Below the pieces are notes generated by a model. The model was not told the origin of the DNA. It did no database searches and worked only from the letters and a program-made list of their open reading frames with translations. This document shows, piece by piece, positions 35,892 through 44,879 of a stretch of 51,725 nt of DNA. The translations under genes were made by a program, and so were the position numbers. The stretch lies in contig MAGU01000082.1 of the NCBI GenBank assembly GCA_001717025.1, forward strand, positions 1 through 51,725, read 5' to 3'. The stretch's first letter is position 1. Each line of letters starts with the position of its first letter. The DNA comes from Candidatus Methanomethylicus oleisabuli (GTDB lineage: Archaea; Thermoproteota; Methanomethylicia; Methanomethylicales; Methanomethylicaceae).

Positions 35892-37181
35892 TTGCATCAT
35901 AGGACTTTAGCGGCCTTAGTAATGCTCTCGCTGATCTTCACTTCATTCACGCCGTCCGTAAGCTCAACTGATGCCGCCGTGCAGAGGTATGTGTATCTGG
36001 AGCCGGGATATCAGATCTATATCGACGACTACAGCCTACCTGCTCCTGCAGGCAACTTTACCATCAGCTTCAATCTTGGGTCTCTCTACTACCTATACTC
36101 CGTGAGGGCATTCGGTCCTGAAAACCAGGCCCTCGGCATATCCGGCAACTGGACGCAAGAATCAAGCACCTTCAAGGTCACGGTCCAGGCTGGAGAGCTA
36201 ACGAACTTCAAGGTCATAACGACGCTCATCGGGACAACGACGTACTCATCTAACTACACGACCCCCATCAACTTCTTCCCGTCCATAAACGCCTCGCTGA
36301 GCGCCACGACAACGGTCCGGCTGCCTGCCGGAGCCGAGCTGCTCGAATTCAACGAGACCGGCGTCTCCCAGTCCACCATCGATGGGGTGATCCTCCTCTC
36401 CGGGTCGATCCAGACGACGCCAGGCGCCCACTACTACAGCAACGTAACCTACAACGGCACATTTGACCTCTTGGCTATACAGTCGTTGGAGCGGACCATT
36501 GAGGTCCACGCCGCCGGCGAGCACGTCCGCGAGTCCTTCAAGCTCATAAATGTCGGGAACGTCAAGGCTACGAGCGTCACGTTGGGCATCCCTGAAGGCG
36601 CCACAAACCTGCGCGCCTACGACCTGATCGGCAACCTCCCCATGACTTTCGGCGACGACAACGTGACCATCGCCTTCCACGCCAGGATACTCACGGGCGA
36701 GTTCGCCGCCTTCACGCTCGAATACGACCTTCCTCAGTCCTCGATCTCCATGAGCGGAAACACAATCTCCGTCTCCGGAAGCCTCCTGCCTGAATGGTGC
36801 AACTTCCTCGTCCGGCAGCTCAACCTGACCGTCGTGATGCCAGAAGGCAGCTCGAACGCGGTGGTGCAGGGCGGGACGGTCAATACGAGCGGTGGCAAGA
36901 CAATTGCATCATTCTCCAACGTGAGCCTAACGCCGTTCTTCAATGCAGATTACTCTCTATCCTTCTCCTACTCCCCGGTCGCTACAATGAGCTGGGGTGC
37001 CGCTATTGCGGTCATTATCGTGGTTGCCGTTGCTGCATATCTGGCATACCTCGCCTTCAGGCGTAGAAGGGTTGCCCATGACGAAGGCAATGCCCGCGCG
37101 CCCGCGCAGCAACCATCGCCCTCCCGGCAACCCCCTCCATCGCCCCGCGACCATTCAAAGGGCCAGAAAGCCAAGAAGTAA
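35892..37181 (+). CDS. Ribophorin I (RPN1/Ost1)-like secreted glycoprotein with C-terminal TM anchor
   Basis: Signal peptide, two beta-rich domains and a TM followed by RRRR. Motifs SLERTIEV, D.IGNL, LEYDLP and VVMPEGS.N are colinear with ribophorin I as recalled. 11 N-x-S/T sequons. Confidence 0.7.
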   Translation: MHHRTLAALVMLSLIFTSFTPSVSSTDAAVQRYVYLEPGYQIYIDDYSLPAPAGNFTISFNLGSLYYLYSVRAFGPENQALGISGNWTQESSTFKVTVQAGELTNFKVITTLIGTTTYSSNYTTPINFFPSINASLSATTTVRLPAGAELLEFNETGVSQSTIDGVILLSGSIQTTPGAHYYSNVTYNGTFDLLAIQSLERTIEVHAAGEHVRESFKLINVGNVKATSVTLGIPEGATNLRAYDLIGNLPMTFGDDNVTIAFHARILTGEFAAFTLEYDLPQSSISMSGNTISVSGSLLPEWCNFLVRQLNLTVVMPEGSSNAVVQGGTVNTSGGKTIASFSNVSLTPFFNADYSLSFSYSPVATMSWGAAIAVIIVVAVAAYLAYLAFRRRRVAHDEGNARAPAQQPSPSRQPPPSPRDHSKGQKAKK

Positions 37182-37328
37182 AAGGCAGCCGTCATGGCAA
37201 CGTTATCTCCAACCTTCATTCGTACTCTTCCTCAAGTCGCCTTCGCTGGCGCCTCCACGCCACCTGCGCCGCCGCGCCATCCTTCTACAAAAGGTTGATA
37301 AAGTCCTGCATCCAAGTGTGTGCAACAC

Positions 37329-38051
37329 ATGAGCCGAGCTGATTACATGGTTTTCGGCCTTCACTTCGAGACGCTCGTGCACACTAATCCGACACAGGAA
37401 CTATTGATAGCATTTCTGATGTTTGCGTACCTTCTGGCGGTCGTATTCGGTACAAAGTTCACATATGAGAGCATGATGAAGCACAACTTCGACAAGGGCG
37501 TGGCAGTGTACTACAACCGCAAGATCATCCACATCTTAGGCGCGGGGGTGATCACGCTCCTCTTCCCGATATGCTTCACCGCCCTCACAATCCCTGCGAC
37601 ATTGGTATTGCTCCTCGTTCTTATCATATACCTCCCCCACCGCACGAACCGGCTACTGTACTGGTTCCAGGTACCTGAAAATGCATACGAAGTAAACTTT
37701 GCGATCGCATGGGGCATAGTGATTGCCTTCTCTTGGTTCTTCCTAGGAGACCCGATATACGGGGTCATCCCCGCCCTCTTCATGGCTTTCGGAGACGCGG
37801 TCACGGGGCTCGTGAGGAACGCCGTCTTCAAGAGGCGGACCAAACACTGGATAGGCAACTTAGCCATGCTCTTTGTCTGCCTCCCGATAGGGTGGTTCTA
37901 TGCCGGCACGGCTGGGCTCGTAGCAGCGGTCGTCGCCTCGATCGCAGAGCACTTCGAGTACAAGCCTATAGACGACAACATATTGATCACCTTAACCTCC
38001 TTTGTTACCCTGCTTATTCTGAGGGGGGCTCTGACCGTTCGCGCCGGCTAG
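37329..38051 (+). CDS. Dolichol/phytol kinase-family (CTP-dependent polyprenol kinase) membrane protein
   Basis: RKIIH...G, M.FGDA.TG, K.W.G, AE.....DDN; multiple TM helices. Confidence 0.82.
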   Translation: MSRADYMVFGLHFETLVHTNPTQELLIAFLMFAYLLAVVFGTKFTYESMMKHNFDKGVAVYYNRKIIHILGAGVITLLFPICFTALTIPATLVLLLVLIIYLPHRTNRLLYWFQVPENAYEVNFAIAWGIVIAFSWFFLGDPIYGVIPALFMAFGDAVTGLVRNAVFKRRTKHWIGNLAMLFVCLPIGWFYAGTAGLVAAVVASIAEHFEYKPIDDNILITLTSFVTLLILRGALTVRAG

Positions 38052-38092
38052 AACAACAAAAAATAAAACTGACCCGCCCACACTCTTCTCTC

Positions 38093-38168
38093 AGCCCGGT
38101 GGTGTAGCGGCCAAGCATAGCGGGCTTTGGCCCCGCCGACAAGAGTTCGAATCTCTTCCGGGCTACCA
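38093..38168 (+). tRNA. tRNA-Gln(TTG), CCA encoded
   Basis: A1:U72 acceptor AGCCCGG/CCGGGCT, anticodon arm GCGGG-CTTTGGC-CCCGC, AAGAG-TTCGAAT-CTCTT. Confidence 0.96.
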
Positions 38169-38523
38169 CCTCCTTCGTCTACGGTACTGCTATCATACAA
38201 AGCGCCTCTAGCGCCCTTTGAATGATGGCGCCAATGATGCCTCGGCGCGCGCCGTGGGGCGATGAGTCCGATCGATGTGGGGCCCTTGCAAATTTGCTCT
38301 TCTGAGCTATCTGCATAAATGCCATGGCCGACAGGCGCTGCTATGGCTCCAAAGCGTTGAATTCGGTCGAAGCGAACGTCGAGATCTGCTAAACTTTGCG
38401 ATCGCCTTTCCTGCCCCGCATCCTAATCATTCTTGCATTGCGCCACTTTGTCTCGCCCATCAGTGAATTTATGACTAACCGCCCATCATTCATTTAAATT
38501 TAAATAAATGTATCCTTCCCATT

Positions 38524-40248
38524 ATGCATGCTGGAGGCATATCAACGTCATACCTTGAGCGACCTTGGCTCAATCTTTACCCGCCGAACGTCAATATCGA
38601 TATGGAGGTTGAACAGGTACCGCTCTTCTCACTAGTTGATGACTCCATTCTGCGCTATCCAGACCGCGCAGCGATGGTCTATCTTGGCACGACCATAACC
38701 TACAGGCAGCTTGGTGGCTACATCGACCGGACGGCCGAGGCGCTCTTTTCAATGGGCATCAAAAAGGGTTCCGTCGTCGCGATCTACCTCCCCAACTGCC
38801 CACAGTTCGCGATGGCGTTCTATGCGCTGCTGAAGATTGGGGCGATACCTACCGCCGTCAGCTTCCTATACACGCCCCGCGAGATGAGGCAGCAGCTCTC
38901 CGACTCCGGCGCCGAATGCGTCATAATGCTCGATCTGATGTACGAAAAGCAGATGCAGATGCTGAGCGAGCTGAAGATAGAAAAGGTCATACTCACGAGC
39001 CTTGTATGCTTCCTGTCTCCGGTGAAGCGGCTCTTTGGGCGGCTGGCTGGGAAGATCCCGAAGTTCACCCCGCCTGAAGGCACGAGCCCCCCATTCCTAG
39101 AGCAGCTCATCGCTCCCCTCTCCGGAAAGGTATACCCGAAGGCCGATGTGAAGCCGGGCGATGTCGCCTTGATATCCTACACTGCCGGCACAACCGGACT
39201 GCCAAAGGGCATTAAGCTGACCCACTACAATTTCGTCGCCGGCATGAGGCAGGTGCTGGAGTTCTCCAACGGCTACGACCTCGGCAAATCGAACTACCTG
39301 TTGTCTTACCTTCCGTTCTTCCACATCTATGCGCAGTCGATAATGCTCACCGCTGGGCTGGCAAAGGGGATGACCTTGGTCGTGATCCCGGTTCCCAAGT
39401 TCGATGAGATCTTGTCGATGATCGACAAGTACGCGGTGTCGATGTTCTTCGGCGTGCCCGCATCGTATAGCCTTATGCTGAAGCACCTCCATGGTGACAA
39501 GTACCGCCTCAGGTCGCTGAGGATCTGCTTCAGCGGCGCCGACAAGATGCCCCCTAACGTCATGAGGGAGTTCTCACAGCTTACCGGCGCCCCTATTGCT
39601 GAGGGCTACGGCCTCACGGAGACCTGCGGGGCTGCGCTGGCCCAGCTATGCAGAGGGCAGAAGGATGGATCCGTAGGCATACCTCTACCGATGACATACG
39701 CCGCGATACTCAATCCGGAGGCGGACGAGTTCGTCCCAGTTGGCAAGGTGGGCGAGATCGCTGTCTGCGGTCCACAGGTCACGACAGAGGTCTGGAGGAA
39801 CCCAGAGCGGACAGCCAAGTACTTCGCGACCGTCGGGGGCAAGAGGTGGCTGAGGACCGGAGATATAGGGATGATGGACGACGAGGGTTGGTTCTATTTC
39901 GTTGAGCGCATAAAGGACATCATAAAGTACAAGGGCTTCCAGGTATTCCCCAAGGAGCTCGAGCGCATAATGTGCGCGCACCCTGCCATCAAGGAGGCGG
40001 CTGTCATTGGTGTATCCGCTAAGGAGGGATATCAGGTGATCAAAGCGTTCATAGTCTTGAAGGATGGCATGCTTGGCAAGGTCAGCAAGGAGCAGATAAC
40101 CGACTTCTGCAGCCAGAACCTTGCCCCTTACAAGATTCCCAAGGAGATCGAGTTCATAGACGAGCTGCCAAGGAACCGGCTAGGCAAGGTGATGAGGGAG
40201 GACCTGCGCGAGCGCGAGAACCACGCCAACGGCAACCACACGAAGTAG
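38524..40248 (+). CDS. Long-chain acyl-CoA synthetase (AMP-binding)
   Basis: YT.GTTG.PKG, LP.FH.Y, EGYGLTE, WLRTGD.G..D..G, R.KD.I...G..V.P.E.E, LP....GK. Confidence 0.93.
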   Translation: MHAGGISTSYLERPWLNLYPPNVNIDMEVEQVPLFSLVDDSILRYPDRAAMVYLGTTITYRQLGGYIDRTAEALFSMGIKKGSVVAIYLPNCPQFAMAFYALLKIGAIPTAVSFLYTPREMRQQLSDSGAECVIMLDLMYEKQMQMLSELKIEKVILTSLVCFLSPVKRLFGRLAGKIPKFTPPEGTSPPFLEQLIAPLSGKVYPKADVKPGDVALISYTAGTTGLPKGIKLTHYNFVAGMRQVLEFSNGYDLGKSNYLLSYLPFFHIYAQSIMLTAGLAKGMTLVVIPVPKFDEILSMIDKYAVSMFFGVPASYSLMLKHLHGDKYRLRSLRICFSGADKMPPNVMREFSQLTGAPIAEGYGLTETCGAALAQLCRGQKDGSVGIPLPMTYAAILNPEADEFVPVGKVGEIAVCGPQVTTEVWRNPERTAKYFATVGGKRWLRTGDIGMMDDEGWFYFVERIKDIIKYKGFQVFPKELERIMCAHPAIKEAAVIGVSAKEGYQVIKAFIVLKDGMLGKVSKEQITDFCSQNLAPYKIPKEIEFIDELPRNRLGKVMREDLRERENHANGNHTK

Positions 40249-40362
40249 TTGCCTTTACTTTATGTGCATGCTGCCAACCCTGCACTGGGGTATACATAGT
40301 GGACTACATGCCCTAAACGTTTATTGGCGCTTTGCATAAGTGCGTTATTACTGGGTAATTTC

Positions 40363-40779
40363 ATAGCAAGCCAAATACTGATGGGCCCACTGAACGCAGG
40401 AGCGGCAAGTGATGTCCAGGTCAATACCTTATATCTGCGGCACATGGTTTGTAGGGGGATGTTCAGTGAGCCCGCCTCAAAGGTATTCGAGGGGGGGCTT
40501 GCGATAGCTGAGATGAAGCGCTATAAACTGATCGCAGAGAGGATGGACTATCTGGGCGGGAACCCTGCAACCAACATGCACGCATCAAGTTCGGCAAGAC
40601 CGTAAAGGGGGGCGCTCCCGGACATGAAGGCGGAGGAAGAAGCAATTGCCATCTACAAGCAGACTGTAGGAGCCGCGATGGAAGAGAATGACTGTGCTAC
40701 AGCGCTCCTCTTAGAGGAGATCTTGAAGGACGAGGAGGGTCGCCACTACAAGTTATCGACACCACTGGAAAATGATTAG
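40363..40779 (+). pseudogene. Bacterioferritin/ferritin-like pseudogene
   Basis: ATA (degenerate start) then ASQIL..LN...A.D.QV..., AIAEMKR...IAER..YLGG.P, TAA at 40603 with the expected IKFGKTV in a shifted frame, then D.KAEEEAI..Y...LLEEILKDEEGR. The ExxH His ligands are replaced by Arg. Confidence 0.8.
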
Positions 40780-40988
40780 TGAACCTAATAACTTTATATA
40801 AATAAAACAATTTATTATATTTTTTCCCCATGTTTTTATACAACTGTTTAAATCCATCAACATCATTGCGCCTCCATCAGCTACCATAACCCCCATTAAC
40901 GCCACTTGTTGATGGTACATCCTTACCATAACTCTTTTTAATATCATGGACCATGATTATCATCAGAAGCTCTTGGAGTAGATTCGCG

Positions 40989-41132
40989 ATGGCCAAGTGT
41001 CCGAAATGCGGCGTAGAAGTTGCTAAGCCAACCAAGACCTGGCGCTTAGCACCTAAGGGTAAGAAAGCAATCACGATTGGCCTGTACAAGTGTTCAGGCT
41101 GTGGTGCATTCTTCAGGGCAGCTCAAAAGTAA
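40989..41132 (+). CDS. creN7: Cren7-like chromatin protein with CxxC pairs (47 aa, absent from the ORF track)
   Basis: MAKCPKCGVEVAKPTKTWRLAPKGKKAITIGLYKCSGCGAFFRAAQK carries the Cren7 core P.K.W.LAPKG+K...IGL.K....G..FR. GGAG SD upstream and T-tract terminator downstream. Confidence 0.85.
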   Translation: MAKCPKCGVEVAKPTKTWRLAPKGKKAITIGLYKCSGCGAFFRAAQK

Positions 41133-41144
41133 GCGGCGCCCCAG

Positions 41145-41157
41145 TTTCCCTTTTTTT
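41145..41157 (+). terminator. Oligo-T archaeal terminator after the Cren7-like gene
   Basis: TTTCCCTTTTTTT about 13 nt after the stop codon. Confidence 0.55.
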
Positions 41158-41240
41158 GTCCTAATCTCTTATCCCAAGATCAGCGCCGCCCTGCCTCCCT
41201 TTTTGCCCATGATTTAGGCGCCGGGTATGGGCTAGATCCT

Positions 41241-42053
41241 TCAGAACCTCGCCGCTTTTGCCGCCTCGATGCAGCTGAGCCTGCGCCGGACCTGCTCGAC
41301 CATCGCTGCGCTGATGACGGCTGATATAATGCATTCCTCGGTGCCGGCGCGCGCAAGAACCCTCCCCCACGGGTCTATTATGCAGCTGTGGCCGTAGTAA
41401 TGTGCCCCAGGCCCATCGCTCAAGGCCTGGTTGGCGGCAACGACGTATACTTGATTCTCGATCGCCCGTGCCCTCAGAAGCGTCATCCAATGCGCCCTCC
41501 CAGTCTCCATCAGGAATGATGCGACATTGGTGATCACTTGTGCGCCCTCCATTGTTATCTTCCTGTATAACTCCGGGAACCGCAGGTCAAAGCAGGTGGT
41601 CATCCCGATCCTCAGCCCCGCGACCTCCGCAAGACCGATTCTGTCCCCAGGCGTGAAGATCTGCGCCTCGTTTATGCCCCCGTATGAGAAGAGGTGCGTC
41701 TTCCTATACTTCGCAACTATGCCATCCGGAGCTACTGCGAAGCACGTGTTGTATATCCTGCCGCCATCCCTCTCTGCCATGCTGCCAGCGATTATGCAGA
41801 TCCCTCTCCTCTTGGCGGCATCAGATAGCATCGAGAGCGTCTCGCCCCCAATCCCCTCTGCCTGCTCCTCGTAGCCCTCCCACGCCGTCCGCGCAGGCAA
41901 AAAGTTGAAGAACTCCGGCAGCAGCACCATCTCCGCACCGGCATCCGCCGCCTCACCCATCATGCCCCGCGCCTTTGAGAGGTTCCTCTGCTTGTCTCCG
42001 CAGCTCGCCATCTGCACAACAGCGGCACGGACTGCCGCCTTGCCTCCAGACAT
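41241..42053 (-). CDS. Carbon-nitrogen hydrolase (Nit1/Nit2-like amidase)
   Basis: Catalytic triad LPE, YRK.HLF and CFDLRFPE; HW..LLRARAIENQ, GHS.I.DPWG. Confidence 0.92.
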   Translation of the reverse strand: MSGGKAAVRAAVVQMASCGDKQRNLSKARGMMGEAADAGAEMVLLPEFFNFLPARTAWEGYEEQAEGIGGETLSMLSDAAKRRGICIIAGSMAERDGGRIYNTCFAVAPDGIVAKYRKTHLFSYGGINEAQIFTPGDRIGLAEVAGLRIGMTTCFDLRFPELYRKITMEGAQVITNVASFLMETGRAHWMTLLRARAIENQVYVVAANQALSDGPGAHYYGHSCIIDPWGRVLARAGTEECIISAVISAAMVEQVRRRLSCIEAAKAARF

Positions 42054-42167
42054 CCTCCAGCACCCTGTGACGCTGCAGCATCTTCACTAAAAAAATTTGC
42101 CCTCTTGCTCAGACCCATTTAACAGTCAATGTGTGCGTGCTAAGGCTCCCTGAAGCATGTCTTTTCC

Positions 42168-42182
42168 TTCCGAAATTCGGAA
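42168..42182. promoter_or_regulatory. Perfect 7-1-7 palindrome, candidate transcription-factor site
   Basis: TTCCGAA-A-TTCGGAA about 20 nt upstream of TTTATATA (42202) in a divergent promoter. Confidence 0.5.
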
Positions 42183-42257
42183 ATGCCTAGACCTAATAAT
42201 GTTTATATATCAGGTCAAAGTTTTAGGACTGTCGATCTATCCGGAGGTGTAACTGGA

Positions 42258-42401
42258 ATGCCATCGTGCGCTCTGTTTGAGATTTACAAGACTCCGTCTG
42301 GTAGCACATACTATATCTGCCACCGCCCGCCATTCGGCGAGGAAGGGACGATGCTGCCGAACGGGGAGATCCATTGCCAGAAATGCGATAAGAGGAAGTA
42401 A
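42258..42401 (+). CDS. Small Cys/His-containing protein (47 aa)
   Basis: TATA TTTATATA at 42202 and a strong GGAGGTG SD before ATG 42258; MPSCALFEIYKTPSGSTYYICHRPPFGEEGTMLPNGEIHCQKCDKRK. Confidence 0.65.
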   Translation: MPSCALFEIYKTPSGSTYYICHRPPFGEEGTMLPNGEIHCQKCDKRK

Positions 42402-42547
42402 ATAAGCAAGCAGATAAGCTAGCTAACGAGTAAGCAAGCGACCCTTTCCATTTAAAGTAAAATCTGGGCGCTGCTCTTCCCCTTCTCTCCATTATTTCCG
42501 AGGTCGTCTTTTTAAAGATGCATATGATTGCATATGACGGTTCAGCC

Positions 42548-42817
42548 TCATTCGAGGCTGAATGGCTTGCCGCCCTTCAAGACACCCTCCGGCAGGTGGG
42601 GCTTCCACTTCTCCAAGAACCCCCTGTCCTCCGTTGCGTCCCTGAGGTCGTCCGGCAGCATCCGCGGTATCGTCTCGATAATGGGGTACCACCTGCCGCA
42701 TCTGCCGCAGAGCAGTACGCCCTCATCGATCTCATCTTTCTCTGTGAAGACGATGAGCTCGAGCGGGTGGCTCTTGCAAATCGGGCAAGCGAGGATATCC
42801 ATGAGCCTTCTCTTCAT
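42548..42817 (-). CDS. Trm112-family methyltransferase activator
   Basis: L.DILACP.CK..PL.L, EI.EG.L.C..C.RWYPI...IP.MLPD.LR. Confidence 0.9.
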   Translation of the reverse strand: MKRRLMDILACPICKSHPLELIVFTEKDEIDEGVLLCGRCGRWYPIIETIPRMLPDDLRDATEDRGFLEKWKPHLPEGVLKGGKPFSLE

Positions 42818-42884
42818 AGCACACACCTGTTGAAATAGGCATTCAGTATGCCTATAAGCTTTCCAACGTCAACCGTTCAGAACG

Positions 42885-42923
42885 AAAAAACGGCATCGTG
42901 CGGCCACTGAGCGGTCGCACGAT
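42885..42923 (-). terminator. Hairpin plus T-run after glnA
   Basis: ATCGTGCGGCC/GGTCGCACGAT stem followed by TTTTTT on the minus strand. Confidence 0.5.
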
Positions 42924-42932
42924 CCTTGCCGA

Positions 42933-44297
42933 TCAGAGCTTCTTGAGGTACCTCTCAACCTCCCAGCTCGAGATCTGCATCTTGTAGGCGTCCCACTCCT
43001 TCATCTTGACCGAGAGGAAGTTTTGGTAAGCCGTCTCTCCAAGCGCCTCCCTCATGAACTCGCTCCTCTCTATCTCGTCGATCGCCTCCTTGAGGCCCTC
43101 TGGGAGCGAGACTATGCCCTTGGCCTTCCTCTCCTCGTAGCTCATCTTGTAGACGTTCAGCTCCATGGGCGGGCCCGGGTCCGTCTTCTTCTTGACGCCG
43201 TCAAGCGCCGCCGCCGCCAGGACCGCTATCTGCAGGTACGGGTTCCCGGACGGGTCAGGGCACCTTATCTCGAACCTCGCCGCGTTCTTCCTTCCGCCGA
43301 AGTTCGGCACCCTTATGAGCGGTGACCTGTTCTTCAGCGCCCATGCCACGTAGACCGGCGCCTCGTAACCTGGGACCAGCCTCTTGTACGAGTTGGGCCA
43401 AGACGCAAGGACGCCCCACATCTCCCTCCCGTGCGCCAGCTGCCCGCCGATGCTGTATCGGGCGATATCAGAGAGGTAGCCGGTCGCCGGGTCATCTGCG
43501 TAGAAGAGGTTCGCGGTGGCGTCGGCGTTCCAGAGGCTCTGGTGCACGTGCATGCCCGAGCCGTTGACGCCGAAGAAGGGCTTCGGCATAAACGTCGCCA
43601 CGTAGCCGTTCTTGGCTGCCACGACCTTCGTCACTACCTTCATGGATACCGCGCGATCCGCCGTTGCGAGCCCCTCGTCATACTTGAAGTCCATCTCGTT
43701 CTGCCCCCGCGCCACCTCGTGGTGGGATATCTCGATCTCGATGCCGAAGTTCTCCGCGGCATCGGCTATCTCCCTCCTGAGGTCATCGGTCAGGTCGCTC
43801 GGATGGAAGTCGAAGTAGCCTCCCATGTCTATCGGCGTCGGCGCATCGCCGTTCTGCCCCTCCTTCACTATGAAGAACTCTAGCTCAGGGGCGCAGAAGT
43901 AGGTGAACCCCGCATCGCGGCACTTGCCCAACGCCCTCTCCAGGACGTACCTCGGGTCCCCCTCGAAGCGCTTGTTGTCTGGGGTGTATACGTCGCAGAG
44001 CAGCCTGCAAGACGACTTCTCCTTCGCCCTCCACGGGATTATCGCAAAAGTCGCCGGGTCCGGGTAGAGGACCATGTCCGACTCCTCTATGGCCCTGTAG
44101 CCAGTTATGGACGACCCGTCAAACGACTGGCCGTTCTCGAAGATCCCTTCTATGTTCTTCGAGTTGACCGCTATGCTCTTCACCATTCCGTTAATGTCCG
44201 TGAACTGAAGCCTGACGAACTTGATCTCCTCCTCCTCAAGCTTATTCACGACCTCCGTCACCTTCTGCTTCCATACTGCATCCTTGATGTTCCTCAT
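42933..44297 (-). CDS. glnA: Glutamine synthetase type I
   Basis: FDGSSI, ESDM...PD, HHEVA..Q.E, TFMPKP..G.NGSGMH, YKRLVPGYEAP, NRS..IR.P, E.R.PD...NPYL. ATG 44297 follows a GGTGA SD. Confidence 0.97.
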   Translation of the reverse strand: MRNIKDAVWKQKVTEVVNKLEEEEIKFVRLQFTDINGMVKSIAVNSKNIEGIFENGQSFDGSSITGYRAIEESDMVLYPDPATFAIIPWRAKEKSSCRLLCDVYTPDNKRFEGDPRYVLERALGKCRDAGFTYFCAPELEFFIVKEGQNGDAPTPIDMGGYFDFHPSDLTDDLRREIADAAENFGIEIEISHHEVARGQNEMDFKYDEGLATADRAVSMKVVTKVVAAKNGYVATFMPKPFFGVNGSGMHVHQSLWNADATANLFYADDPATGYLSDIARYSIGGQLAHGREMWGVLASWPNSYKRLVPGYEAPVYVAWALKNRSPLIRVPNFGGRKNAARFEIRCPDPSGNPYLQIAVLAAAALDGVKKKTDPGPPMELNVYKMSYEERKAKGIVSLPEGLKEAIDEIERSEFMREALGETAYQNFLSVKMKEWDAYKMQISSWEVERYLKKL

Positions 44298-44462
44298 TGT
44301 TTCACCACTTATCAAAACAATTTTTTACACATATTTTACATCATATATAAAACTATCTGGTAAAAAAATGAACAACATTCAAATATACTGCTAAAAAATA
44401 AAAATACTTGCTAAGGCGCCATGTGCATCAGCGCCTCAAAAAATAGGGATGGCGGTCGAGCA

Positions 44463-44843
44463 TCACTTCTTGCTCGCCCACAGCCCGTGGACTGTGCAGT
44501 ACTCCCTGGCCCTGTCGACCTTTGATGGCGCCTCGAACAGCGCCTCTGGCGCGATCCCGGGCTTGAGGAACCTCAGCATGACCGTCTCGCCCGCATCCGC
44601 CTCCACCCACTCGATGTAGTGCTTCTCCTCCATCGGGTGCGGCACACTGCCGACCTTCACGAGCACGCCCTTAGCGGACTTCTCCACTACTGGGACGTGC
44701 TTCTCCTTGCTTGCGTCAACGGTGTTCTCCTGCTGAAGCTTCATGGGCTGCCCGCAGCAGACCAGCGCCCCGGCACCCGCGTGCAGTACCATCACTATGT
44801 TCCCGCACACCTCACACTTGTATACCTGTAGCCTCTCGGTCAT
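44463..44843 (-). CDS. dfx: Desulfoferrodoxin (2Fe superoxide reductase)
   Basis: YKC..CGN.V, L.CCG.PM, EKHVP, HPM...H.I.W, YC..HGLW. Confidence 0.95.
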   Translation of the reverse strand: MTERLQVYKCEVCGNIVMVLHAGAGALVCCGQPMKLQQENTVDASKEKHVPVVEKSAKGVLVKVGSVPHPMEEKHYIEWVEADAGETVMLRFLKPGIAPEALFEAPSKVDRAREYCTVHGLWASKK

Positions 44844-44879
44844 TGCAACCAACCCTCCATTTATGTTACATCAATCCCA

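Noticed and set aside
44298-44420. NrpR operator upstream of glnA
   Set aside because: No GGAA-N6-TTCC was found, only AT-rich promoter sequence.
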